Origin: a virus
Strand: one strand, 5' to 3'
IMG/VR virus record: IMGVR_UViG_3300044908_000045
Coordinates: 32,001-96,000 of that record
DNA: 64,000 nucleotides
Under the pieces are notes generated by a model, which was not told the origin of the DNA, did not search any database, and saw only the letters and a list, made by a program, of their open reading frames with translations. Shown here piece by piece: positions 54,938-63,737 of the stretch (positions are counted from its first letter, which is position 1; every line of letters begins with the position of its first letter). The translations under genes and the position numbers were made by a program.

Positions 54938-56245
54938 CTATTCCGCTGGCCAAAGGATAATTTCGGTTTGCCTCGGATCGTCGATTGTCGGAGTCGTTGG
55001 CGAAAGGACGACTATCCCGTCATCCTCGGGGGAATCGTCGTCCTCGTCCTCTTCTGGCATGCAAGCATCGCAATAGTGCTCGCCGTGATGGTATTGCAAA
55101 TCGTGATGTGGAAAATGCTCATCGCATCCATAGCACCGGCCAAGGTGCCGATTGGCACAACGCTCGCACCAGGTATCGCCATCATGATCAGTGATTGCGT
55201 CCTCGCGGTAAACTTCTGTGCTACAGTTGACGCATGACGAGAAATGCTCGGAATAACAGTCGTCGCACCAATCATAGCCGTTATCGTCGGTATAACCGCA
55301 ATCCTCGCGATCGAAACGATCGCCGCAATTGTGGCAACGCGCGCGCGTATCCTCAGTCAGCCCGTTAGTATTGCGAGCGTCAATATCGCCTCCGATGCGC
55401 AAGAACTCGCCATCATCCTCGACTCCATGGTGCGGATCATCGAGGTATGGGCAAACAAAGCCGTTATCGTCCTCGATGCGGAGAAGCTTGGCGCCGTCAA
55501 AGGATGGCTCGCTGCGCCGAATGTCACCGAACCCCGCCGATTCCAGCATAGGGACAAGCTTACCGGCATCCCCATACACACGACCGAAAATCTTGCGAGC
55601 CGGCCAGCACAATGCCCGCGCGGTGACATGACCTTTTTCCGGTTCCAGGTAGGCAATGGCCAAATCGCCTGCGCCATAGACGCGAACGGGATGGCATGAA
55701 CTGTCGTAATCGTCCGCTGGGTGACACATGCAGGAATTCGGCCCATGCCGATAGACCCGCTCGATATCGTCCGGTATATCGGCAAAGCGCAATTTGGTCG
55801 GATGGTTTTCGATCGCCCATGCCGAGCACCATTCGCGCACGTCGTCGTCGTCGAGTTTCAGAACGCTCGCGAGATACTTGCCTGGCCGCATGCGAACCTG
55901 GCGATCATCGCGCCCATGCGCCGCGTCTGGCGTAAACGCTAGTTTTGTCGGGTCGTCTGTGCTAACGTGTGCGAAGTGATTGACGTTGGCAAAGTCGTGA
56001 TAGCGCCAGGGAACGCCTTTGTAGGTTCCATCATTGAACCGTTGCTGTTCGCGCGCTTGCCAGGTGATATCCGCTATTTCATCGGCATCGAGCCGGACAA
56101 CGCGGAAACGCTCAGCCGTTCCCTGGCGCTTGTGGACATCATTTAGATATTTGGCGAGTTCGGCCGCACCCTTGCCGGTGCGTTCGACACAATGGCGTTC
56201 GCCATCGCTCACTCGTATGACTGCAAACATTTCGGTCATCCCCAT
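54938..56245 (-). CDS. phage protein with SCM motif and C-terminal CxxC repeats
   Basis: RPGKYL, GPNSCM, ARALCW, CPYLD, six CxxC motifs; upstream of peptidase. Confidence 0.7.
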   Translation of the reverse strand: MGMTEMFAVIRVSDGERHCVERTGKGAAELAKYLNDVHKRQGTAERFRVVRLDADEIADITWQAREQQRFNDGTYKGVPWRYHDFANVNHFAHVSTDDPTKLAFTPDAAHGRDDRQVRMRPGKYLASVLKLDDDDVREWCSAWAIENHPTKLRFADIPDDIERVYRHGPNSCMCHPADDYDSSCHPVRVYGAGDLAIAYLEPEKGHVTARALCWPARKIFGRVYGDAGKLVPMLESAGFGDIRRSEPSFDGAKLLRIEDDNGFVCPYLDDPHHGVEDDGEFLRIGGDIDARNTNGLTEDTRARCHNCGDRFDREDCGYTDDNGYDWCDDCYSEHFSSCVNCSTEVYREDAITDHDGDTWCERCANRHLGRCYGCDEHFPHHDLQYHHGEHYCDACMPEEDEDDDSPEDDGIVVLSPTTPTIDDPRQTEIILWPAE

Positions 56246-56253
56246 GTCCGTGT

Positions 56254-56293
56254 GTTGGCAACATCAACATATCATGTAGCGCTAGGCTGTCAA
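56254..56293 (-). promoter_or_regulatory. sigma70 promoter with overlapping operator GTTGGCAACATCAAC
   Basis: minus strand TTGACA-16-TATGTT with extended TG. Confidence 0.65.
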
Positions 56294-56433
56294 CACGTAT
56301 TTGGGCGAATGAGGATATTTATTTGTGGCGGGGAGAGTCGGAACGCGCAACGCCAGCGAGCGCTGGGATTACCCAACGCTGGCCGGCGGTTTTGTGGAAA
56401 GGGCGCCGCTGCGGCGCGCGGTAGTAAGCTCAG

Positions 56434-56754
56434 TCAGCGGGCGACGATGACCAGCGCCGTTGGAAACGGGATTAACTGCAGCTTGGCAGCGGCGGAAAAG
56501 GCTTGTGTGCGCTCACCAAACGTCAAGTCCGGTGGAATAGTGCCAAGGTTCTCAATCGTATTCGCCACCGTGTGGCAATCGCCGCCCATACGGTATGCGG
56601 TTTCCCGCGCTATGCGATCATACATAGTTGAGCCAGCCTGCTCATGCGTTGCCGCGTTGGCGCGCAAAGTTTCGCAAAGCAAAGTAGGATGACACATAAT
56701 CGAGCGTTGGATTACGTCAACTGCCGTTGCTGTGTTAAGATCGATTGGATACAT
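56434..56754 (-). CDS. hypothetical protein
   Basis: GAGGGA RBS. Confidence 0.55.
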   Translation of the reverse strand: MYPIDLNTATAVDVIQRSIMCHPTLLCETLRANAATHEQAGSTMYDRIARETAYRMGGDCHTVANTIENLGTIPPDLTFGERTQAFSAAAKLQLIPFPTALVIVAR

Positions 56755-56777
56755 AGCGAGAGTCCCTCTGAGTTGGG

Positions 56778-57080
56778 TTAGGTATTGACGTGCCAGGAAT
56801 GATGAGTCTCGGTATTGGTGCGCTCGGTCAAGCCCCAACGCTTGCCCCGACTGCGGAACCAATCAAGCGCGACAGTAAAATCAGCAAACGTTGTCCGGGC
56901 GCAACTGTCGTCATAGAAGCTAACGCTCACGTCTGCACCGCGAGGCGATCCGTCGAAAGCGGTTAGCTTTTGCACCGATACAAAGCGCACCCCGATCTTG
57001 CCAGCCCTAGAGATAATGCCGCGCAAATTTTTGGAGCGCTGCACCGTCTCGCCGTTCAATCTGATCTCGATCATGGTCAT
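56778..57080 (-). CDS. conserved phage early protein
   Basis: RSKNLRGI...V.F.D.....T.FADF.V...W. Confidence 0.6.
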   Translation of the reverse strand: MTMIEIRLNGETVQRSKNLRGIISRAGKIGVRFVSVQKLTAFDGSPRGADVSVSFYDDSCARTTFADFTVALDWFRSRGKRWGLTERTNTETHHSWHVNT

Positions 57081-57223
57081 TTTCCCTCTTTGCAGGCTTT
57101 CGTGAAACGTTCCATATCGAAACGTGGGTTAGATTTCCGCAGCACCTCAGCGACGCGGAAAATGATATGGTCTGGCGCGCCAAAGAGCGCTTCCGCTAGG
57201 GCTTCAAAATCTTTCTTGGTCAT
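57077..57223 (-). CDS. small conserved phage protein
   Basis: read manually; MTKKDFE...NPRFD.ERF..AC. Confidence 0.6.
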   Translation of the reverse strand: MTKKDFEALAEALFGAPDHIIFRVAEVLRKSNPRFDMERFTKACKEGK

Positions 57224-57290
57224 TGTGTCGTCTCCTGGCTGGGTACACGTAAGCGCTGCGGACAGCGCTTCCGTCTGCTCAGCGGGCAGC

Positions 57291-57467
57291 TTACCAAAGC
57301 TGCAATTTCACGTATCGAGCACCTTCCAACTTCGTGGCAAGATCATCAATCTGGTCCATTGCCGCTTGATCTTTTACAAGCTCGCGACCTTTCCAATCCT
57401 TTACGTACTTGTATGACCGCAGAGCCGCTGTAATTGTCTCTGTTTCCCAAGCTGTAAGCTTTGCCAT
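57291..57467 (-). CDS. hypothetical protein (58 aa)
   Basis: read manually; AGGAGAG RBS. Confidence 0.5.
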   Translation of the reverse strand: MAKLTAWETETITAALRSYKYVKDWKGRELVKDQAAMDQIDDLATKLEGARYVKLQLW

Positions 57468-57503
57468 CTCTCACTCTCCTATTGCTGGACTGGCGGGTTA
57501 GAC

Positions 57504-57725
57504 TCACCAGCTCTCAATTCGAGCCGCGAGCGTTTGTGTCTGGGATCCTGCGCGTTGCCACATAGTCGCATCGTGGTCGTGGTGGTCATAGTTGCTGCGG
57601 ATATGTTCCGCTTTCTCATGCGCAATGACTCCGATCGCATCGAGCACGCGAGCGAGTCCGCACTCGTCAATCAGGTTTTCAAGCGCGCAGTCTTGTTCTG
57701 GCGAAGTGAGCTTGTATGCAAACAT
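57504..57725 (-). CDS. hypothetical protein
   Basis: LE.LID..GL..VL.....IA.EKAEHI; minus-strand TTGACG...TATATT promoter-like sequence upstream. Confidence 0.6.
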   Translation of the reverse strand: MFAYKLTSPEQDCALENLIDECGLARVLDAIGVIAHEKAEHIRSNYDHHDHDATMWQRAGSQTQTLAARIESW

Positions 57726-57921
57726 CGTGGTTCCCTTGCGTTGGCGTATCTGACAAACAGGAATATATGCGGCGCTCCATATGCCGTCAAGCCTAAAATG
57801 CGCGCGATCAGCCTAATATATACTGAGCGCTCTGCCGTCCGATTCCGCTCGCGAGGCTATAGCTTTTCCGTCGCGGATATCATACACTTAGCCTCTGATC
57901 GGTTCAGACTGCGGTTGCGAC

Positions 57922-58908
57922 ATGACGCGAAAACCCAATCTCACCAATAAGATATGGCAGGCCGGGTTCGACGATGGCGCCAAGGGCGCGCGAGCCAAAT
58001 CCAGGCTTCCCACGTATCTCGCCGGTCACAAAGCCGGATCAGACGCCGCTCGCGACGCAAAAGCCATTGCCGATGAAAGACTTAATCCAATCCCGCTCGC
58101 ACCCAAAATCAGCGCCTCGCCGGCTGTCAGCGAGCCCGCACCGCAGCCTAAGCCTACCAAGCCCCGTCCCGGCGGTCACAAAGCCCGCCGCGCTCAAATC
58201 ATCGCACAAACCGATCCGACCTCACCTACCAGCACTCCCGTAACGCCAAAATCACCTCGTAACGCTACGGCCGAAAGCGACGGGTCGCAGACCTCCCGCA
58301 AAATCGCTAAGCCCCAGAAGCCAAAGCGCAAAACCATCCGACCCGATAACTACACCTTCGGCCGCCCTAGCAAATACAACGAGTCCGTCGCCTCAGAAGT
58401 CCTTAACCTCATGCAAGCCGGACTCTCGCTTAGGCGTATATGCGCGCTCCCAAACATGCCGCCAGCGTTCTCGGTCTATCACTGGCAAGCAACGCACCCG
58501 GACTTCTCTCAACGTTATGCGCGCGCTCAGCTTGATCGGGCTCAATTCTGGGCTGAGGAGATACTGGACATTTCGGACGATGGGTCTAACGATTGGGTTG
58601 AACAGCAGCGGAACGGCAGAACCGTAATGGTTGCCGATCATGAGCATATTCAGCGGTCGCGGTTGCGAGTTGACACACGTAAGTTCTTGATGGCAAAGCT
58701 AGATCCGAAACGGTGGGGCGATAAGATCCAAGTGGGCGGCGATGCGGACAATCCGTTACAGATCTCGGTTCGCGATCTAGCCAAGGAACAGCATGCGCTG
58801 TCGCCTCCTGAGCTGGCGGCGTTGCAGGCTTTCGCCGAGGCGCGGCGGAACGCGACCGAGATAGAGTCGAACGACAGTAGCGCGACCGACCCGAGTGAAA
58901 CCGACTAA
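57922..58908 (+). CDS. terS: terminase small subunit (Sf6-like) with basic N-terminal extension
   Basis: GRPSKY...G.SLR.IC...MP....V..W......F...YARA...AEEILDI.DD...IQRSRLRVDTRK.L.AKL.PK.WGDK. Confidence 0.88.
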   Translation: MTRKPNLTNKIWQAGFDDGAKGARAKSRLPTYLAGHKAGSDAARDAKAIADERLNPIPLAPKISASPAVSEPAPQPKPTKPRPGGHKARRAQIIAQTDPTSPTSTPVTPKSPRNATAESDGSQTSRKIAKPQKPKRKTIRPDNYTFGRPSKYNESVASEVLNLMQAGLSLRRICALPNMPPAFSVYHWQATHPDFSQRYARAQLDRAQFWAEEILDISDDGSNDWVEQQRNGRTVMVADHEHIQRSRLRVDTRKFLMAKLDPKRWGDKIQVGGDADNPLQISVRDLAKEQHALSPPELAALQAFAEARRNATEIESNDSSATDPSETD

Positions 58909-58945
58909 CACGCTGATATAGCTAACGCATTCAGGTTGTCGCCGT

Positions 58946-58973
58946 AGTCGTGACAATGGGTGTTATCCCGAAT
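58946..58973. other. dif-like 11-6-11 imperfect palindrome
   Basis: AGTCGTGACAA TGGGTG TTATCCCGAAT; arms 8/11 complementary, right arm begins TTAT. Confidence 0.4.
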
Positions 58974-59141
58974 AGCTAAACTCGCCTAGCTGAGCCGGAA
59001 CTGTGCTGGCCGGCGATCCTGGCACGCTTTGACCCCCGTATACCCCGCTGGCTGAGTCGGCCTATTGCGTGATTCCGCCCTCGACCTTCGCGAAAAATTC
59101 CCAGGAAATTCGGGGAATGTTGGGGGTGTTGACGATTGTGC

Positions 59142-59171
59142 TTGATTTTTGCGTTACCGTAACGCTAAATT
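59142..59171 (+). promoter_or_regulatory. promoter with palindrome GCGTTACCGTAACGC in the spacer
   Basis: TTGATT-18-TAAATT just before ATG 59179 (likely leaderless). Confidence 0.5.
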
Positions 59172-59178
59172 CCTTAGC

Positions 59179-59448
59179 ATGAGGATTGGCCCGAAGGAGG
59201 CTCAGCGGCGAGCGTTACGGGAGCGGGGCGAGTCACGTTTGGCGCCGAAGATTGTTGACGGGCGGTGCGATGTTCCTGTTGACGCCGGGGACCCGGCAAC
59301 TGAGGAAGCTGGACCATCTGCGTCGGTTTCGGGTTCACGAAGGCGGGGGCGACCTCGGCTTGAGTTGTCTGGCGAGGAGCGTGTAACGCTAAAACGTGAG
59401 CAGACGAAGGCTCGCGTTGCGGCGCATCGGGCTAAGCGGAGGGGGTGA
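59179..59448 (+). CDS. basic putative DNA-binding protein
   Basis: RRGRPR AT-hook-like motif; R/K-rich helix. Confidence 0.55.
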   Translation: MRIGPKEAQRRALRERGESRLAPKIVDGRCDVPVDAGDPATEEAGPSASVSGSRRRGRPRLELSGEERVTLKREQTKARVAAHRAKRRG

Positions 59449-59648
59449 TGGGTGAGTTTGAAAGCCGCGACGGGTTTCCGTATTTTTGGTTAGGGGCGGA
59501 GGCTGAGAGCATTCCGACCCCGTGGCGGACGGTGTGGCTTGGGTCGTCCACTGAGGAGCGCGCGCCTGCGCCGAAGTTTGACCGGGCGGCGTACCAGCGG
59601 GAGTACATGCGACGGCGGCGTGCGGCCCAGGTGAGGAAATCGGAATGA
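59445..59648 (+). CDS. small basic protein
   Basis: FDRAAYQREYMRRRRA. Confidence 0.6.
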   Translation: MMGEFESRDGFPYFWLGAEAESIPTPWRTVWLGSSTEERAPAPKFDRAAYQREYMRRRRAAQVRKSE

Positions 59649-59866
59649 GTTTACCGAGGGTGAGGTGCCCGCGCTGTGGTGGGGATCACTTTGTATGGGG
59701 GTGTCCGTCTGTGGGGTTGGTCTTGAAGAGTGAGGGGTCTTCGAGGGGGCGCGGGGCGGCGTTATGTGCGCCGCCTGGGGAGTGTGAGCATTGCGATCGG
59801 CGTCGGGCGTATGCGGCGGCCTCGATGAGGCGGTGGCGGGCGGAGAAGGCGGGGGATTCGGGATGA
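59645..59866 (+). CDS. small zinc-finger basic protein
   Basis: CPRCG..H...CEHCD...MRRWRA. Confidence 0.55.
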   Translation: MSLPRVRCPRCGGDHFVWGCPSVGLVLKSEGSSRGRGAALCAPPGECEHCDRRRAYAAASMRRWRAEKAGDSG

Positions 59867-60705
59867 GCGACTTGGTTCTTGATCGCGCGCTGGCGGAGCG
59901 GGACGAGGCGCGACGGCGGGTTGAGGAATTGACGCATTTTATAGAGGTGTACCAGGGGTTGGTGGGGGTCGCGGTCCTCCCGATCGAGGCGGTGCCGCGT
60001 TTGCGTGGGGTCGGGTCGCCGATTGATTTGGCGGGGCGGCGGTTTGGGCGGTTGGTAGCGATTGCGCGGTCGGGGCGTGCTGGCAAGGGTCGGCATATTT
60101 ATTGGGTGTGTCGGTGTGATTGCGGGGTAGAGACGGAGGCGCGGGGCGATGCGCTGCTAAACGGGTATCACTTGAGTTGCGGGTGTCATCGGGTGGCGGC
60201 TTCGGCGGAGCGGGCCACGCGGCAGTCGGCGCTGCAGCCTCGGGTCAATGGTCACTTTGTGGCATTCCCTGAAACGGTCACGGTTGATGCTGCCTGCGAT
60301 TATTTGCGAGAGCGGGGGGTTGCGGCCGATCGGCTGGATGGGGATCATGTAGTTATTGATGGCGTCGTAGGTGACCGGGTGGATCTCATTCGCGAGGTAA
60401 ACCGTCATAATGAGCCGCCGGTTGCGATTTCGCTTGGCGTCTTGATGCCGGAGGTCGAACCCAATCTTGGGCTAGCTAAGAAATGCTGTGCGTGGTGTGG
60501 CGGAGCGATGCCTGCGGATCGGGCTCACAAGGTTAGGGTGAAGTATTGCAACCCGCGGTGTCAGATTGCCGCTCAGAATGATCGCTATCTGCGGCGTCAG
60601 CGGTTGATTATGGCTGCGGTGACGGGTGCGATTGGGGTCGAGAAGGAGGATCGGGATGATTGCGATGCGGACGAATCTGCTGCCGAGGATGGCGCCGCCG
60701 GTTGA
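59863..60705 (+). CDS. protein with HNH/AP2-associated DL.G.RFGRL...W.C.CDCG...SCGC domain and C-terminal Zn motif
   Basis: DLAGRRFGRLVAI...YWVCRCDCG...LSCGC; CAWCG...KYC..RC. Confidence 0.65.
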   Translation: MSDLVLDRALAERDEARRRVEELTHFIEVYQGLVGVAVLPIEAVPRLRGVGSPIDLAGRRFGRLVAIARSGRAGKGRHIYWVCRCDCGVETEARGDALLNGYHLSCGCHRVAASAERATRQSALQPRVNGHFVAFPETVTVDAACDYLRERGVAADRLDGDHVVIDGVVGDRVDLIREVNRHNEPPVAISLGVLMPEVEPNLGLAKKCCAWCGGAMPADRAHKVRVKYCNPRCQIAAQNDRYLRRQRLIMAAVTGAIGVEKEDRDDCDADESAAEDGAAG

Positions 60706-60834
60706 GGTTGTGGTGCCGCTGAAGGTTGGGGCGCTGCCGGTGCCGAAGCGGCGGAAGCCGCAGGCGAAGCGCGATCGGAAGGCATACATGCGCGGGTACA
60801 TGGCGCGGCGGCGAGCTAAGGCGGAGGATGGGGA

Positions 60835-61341
60835 ATGAGCGAAGGGAGGGTGGAGCGGGTCGCGCGAGCGATTGCGGCGTTACGAAGCTGCTCGCTCGAA
60901 TGGGGGCCGAAACAGCCGATTTGCGCGTCGTGCAGCAACGCTCGCGGGTATTCTGACGATGTGGGTTGCGTGACGCTCGCCCGCGCGGCGATGGCCGCGA
61001 GGGATGATCGACGCTGCGCTGGGCGAAGGGGATGGCTGATGGTTGACGAGTTGCATGAGAAAATCCGTCGGGCGCAGGTTGCGGCTGGGGAAAGGGTGGT
61101 GTGTGAGTATCTCGAAAAATCGGGACTTCTCAAGCCTCGCGCACCGGCTGACGACGACATCCCCGTTAGCGGCGCGATGATCGAGGCGGGCGCACGCGAG
61201 TTGGAGGACGGGCAGGGTTGGCATCGCGGTTGGCTGCAAAATGCTCCGCAAGTCATGACCGCCATCTACCGCGCGATGGAGCAGGTGCGCCGCGCCGAGG
61301 CGGACGCCGAGGTCATTCGGCGGAGTGTGAAGCAGGATTAA
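60835..61341 (+). CDS. hypothetical protein
   Basis: VERVARAI and AMIEAG...IYRAM phage motifs; possibly two fused genes. Confidence 0.5.
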   Translation: MSEGRVERVARAIAALRSCSLEWGPKQPICASCSNARGYSDDVGCVTLARAAMAARDDRRCAGRRGWLMVDELHEKIRRAQVAAGERVVCEYLEKSGLLKPRAPADDDIPVSGAMIEAGARELEDGQGWHRGWLQNAPQVMTAIYRAMEQVRRAEADAEVIRRSVKQD

Positions 61342-61356
61342 CCAAGGGAGACGACG

Positions 61357-61668
61357 ATGCCGTTTGACGGAACGCAGCTAAACAAGACCGCAGCTCATCT
61401 GATGCGGGCTAAGCGCTACATCGAGGAGCACGGGTGGTGCCCGCTTGGTAACAGAGATGAAGATGGCCGGGTATGTATGGTTGCGGCCCTGGTCGTCGAG
61501 GATTACGGCACGGCGCTGCCGGCGCTACGCAGCCTCTTCGAAGCCGCTGGCGAGGGCGACGTATTTCATCTGGCGCGCTGGAACGACACCCCCGGCCGCA
61601 CCGTCGAAGAGGTCTACGCCGCGTTCGACCGGGCGATTGCGCTCGCGATGGAGACGCCCGATGCGTAA
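61357..61668 (+). CDS. DUF6197-like protein
   Basis: A..YIEEHGW...G.VC...AL...WND.PGRT.EEV...FDRAI. Confidence 0.75.
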   Translation: MPFDGTQLNKTAAHLMRAKRYIEEHGWCPLGNRDEDGRVCMVAALVVEDYGTALPALRSLFEAAGEGDVFHLARWNDTPGRTVEEVYAAFDRAIALAMETPDA

Positions 61669-61855
61669 TCTGACGTTGCAACCCCCCACCTTCCCCGCCG
61701 AAGTCGTCAAAGATGCCGTTATGTGCGACGCGTGGCGGGTCGAGAAGCTGGATGCCGATGGCGATGGCGGAGTGGATGTGACGATCTTCGCCGGTCCTGA
61801 TGCGCAAAAGCGCGCCGAGGAATACGCAATATGGAAATACGGAAGCCAAATCTGA
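61661..61855 (+). CDS. hypothetical protein
   Basis: WRVE..D.DGDGG...TIF.GP.A..RA.EYA. Confidence 0.6.
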   Translation: MRNLTLQPPTFPAEVVKDAVMCDAWRVEKLDADGDGGVDVTIFAGPDAQKRAEEYAIWKYGSQI

Positions 61856-61977
61856 AATGAACCGCATCACCCGTGCCGCGCCCATCGCCGCCGCAGCCGT
61901 TGTGTCGCTCTCCATCGCGCTCGCGATGGAGACGGCTGCTCCGTAAAAATTCCCAGAAATTCTGCGAGGTTGAGGCG

Positions 61978-62205
61978 ATGAGCGACGGGACAGGGGTTGC
62001 GGCGCTGTCTTTCTGGGAAGATATCGTGACGGCGCCGACTGACGGCACGGCCTTTTACGCCGTTATTCACGGGGTTGACATGGAAAAGTACGACAACCCC
62101 GGTCAGGCGGTATGTGTCTTCGATTCGGAGGGGCAGTGCCGGGTTGCGACGGGATGGGTCAAGTGCGTTGCAACCCGCTGGCATCCGCTGATGCCCGATG
62201 TCTGA
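61978..62205 (+). CDS. DUF551-like small protein
   Basis: W.DI.TAP.DGT...T.W.PL. Confidence 0.55.
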   Translation: MSDGTGVAALSFWEDIVTAPTDGTAFYAVIHGVDMEKYDNPGQAVCVFDSEGQCRVATGWVKCVATRWHPLMPDV

Positions 62206-62434
62206 GATCAGCGAGCGGATGCTGCTGGCGGGCACGCTGGCGATTGCGAAGAACCGCGGGGTTTCCGAAAAATCCGACAAATTCTACGACCTTGACGATT
62301 GGCGCTGGTGCCAAGACGACGCCCGAGAGAGCTATCTGGCGATGGAGGCTGAGAGACGGCGGGAAGAGACCGAGAACGAACGCCAAATCGCGTGGCTGCG
62401 CGACTCAGCAGCCAAGATAAAAAGTGGATCATGA
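62198..62434 (+). CDS. hypothetical protein
   Basis: coupled ORF. Confidence 0.5.
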   Translation: MSEISERMLLAGTLAIAKNRGVSEKSDKFYDLDDWRWCQDDARESYLAMEAERRREETENERQIAWLRDSAAKIKSGS

Positions 62435-62669
62435 CCCCGTATCAGTGGATTATGCCCTGAGGGGAAATCCGTTATGACCGACAAACCGAAGGCGAGCCTG
62501 TGGCAAGGTCTAAAGCGATGGGCGCTCCCCAGGATGAATCTGTCGCTCTATGGAGATCGGGATGGACTCTGCGGTGCCGATGCCGCAGTGCTGTGGCTGG
62601 GCCGGGCATGGCTGCGCCACAACTTAGAAGAGAGACCGCAACATGGATAAACCGATCTGAGAGGAAATC

Positions 62670-62855
62670 ATGGACTACCTGATCTGGCCTCTGCTGGCGG
62701 CATTCATTGTGACCTGGATCGCCGCGATGCGGATCATGCGCAGGAAGCAAGTCGAGGGAATGATGGAGATTGTTGCGATGGCTTACAGTGCCGGCCAGGA
62801 CGCGGGTCAGCCAGCCCCCGGCCCGCATCCCCCGCATGAACCGGGCGCGATTTGA
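62670..62855 (+). CDS. small membrane protein
   Basis: GAGG RBS; N-terminal TM. Confidence 0.55.
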   Translation: MDYLIWPLLAAFIVTWIAAMRIMRRKQVEGMMEIVAMAYSAGQDAGQPAPGPHPPHEPGAI

Positions 62856-62868
62856 TAGGAAAGGGGGA

Positions 62869-63120
62869 ATGACCGAGCCGACAGAAGCCGATTACGCTGC
62901 GACCCGCTCATTGTTGGACGGATGGCCGTTCGACGACAATGAGCATTCCTACTATGCGGACATCGGCACATGCACGCTCTACCAGGCGATAGCCTGCAAG
63001 ATCGCGACCGCCCGTGCGGAGGAGCGCGAGCGCTGTCTCGGGCATGCGGAAGCGCGAATGAAACTTGACTGGACGGTGGTAGACGAGATTGCCGCCAAGA
63101 TCAGGAGCGGTGGACCATGA
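62869..63120 (+). CDS. hypothetical protein (AEERERC family)
   Basis: MTEPT...AEERERC...AAKIRSG. Confidence 0.6.
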   Translation: MTEPTEADYAATRSLLDGWPFDDNEHSYYADIGTCTLYQAIACKIATARAEERERCLGHAEARMKLDWTVVDEIAAKIRSGGP

Positions 63121-63320
63121 CCGAGCCGACAGACCGCCTCCGCGAAATTGCGACAAAGATCGTGGTCAAATATATCGACCGCGGGGCAAACAAAGAGATC
63201 GTCGGGTATGTCGCCGCGTGGCTCGCAACCGCATGCGCTGAGGAGCGTGAGCGGTGCGCCGCCGAGCTTGACCGACAGCGTCTTCCGTGCCTCGCCGCCA
63301 AGATCAGGAGCGGCGAATGA
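63117..63320 (+). CDS. hypothetical protein (AEERERC family)
   Basis: MTEPT...AEERERC...AAKIRSG. Confidence 0.6.
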   Translation: MTEPTDRLREIATKIVVKYIDRGANKEIVGYVAAWLATACAEERERCAAELDRQRLPCLAAKIRSGE

Positions 63321-63667
63321 ACATCATCGAGCAGTGCGCCAGGTGTTGCCGCGAACAATTTGGCCATAGGCCAGTCCCAGACTGGTGGGAGCAGATGCAC
63401 CAGGGCGCCCGCGAGCACTGGATTAGCGGGACGAATGCCGTCCTCGCCGAGTTCGCGCGGCTGGCGCAGAGCGAGGAGATGGTCGAGAAGATCGCCAAAG
63501 CGATCTGCGCTGCCGAGGGGCACGACCCCAACGAACTTGTATTCACAGAAAAGAGTGTTCTGCGCGGCGAGGGCAGGGGCTACGAATATCGTCTTTCGGA
63601 AGACTATAGGCCACAAGCTCGTGAGGCCCTCGCCGCACTGTTCCACGAAACTGGGGTGATCTCATGA
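63317..63667 (+). CDS. hypothetical protein
   Basis: EMVEKIAKAIC.A.G.DP...Y...AR.AL. Confidence 0.55.
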   Translation: MNIIEQCARCCREQFGHRPVPDWWEQMHQGAREHWISGTNAVLAEFARLAQSEEMVEKIAKAICAAEGHDPNELVFTEKSVLRGEGRGYEYRLSEDYRPQAREALAALFHETGVIS

Positions 63668-63737
63668 TGCCGCTGGCACGCGTTTTAGTATGGCTCGGCA
63701 TCCCGACCGCTGCGTGGTTTCTGATCGTGTGGCTGGG

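Noticed and set aside
59863-60705. Complete HNH/AP2 homing endonuclease
   Set aside because: Only the N-terminal Cys-rich associated domain is recognisable; no HNH catalytic motif seen
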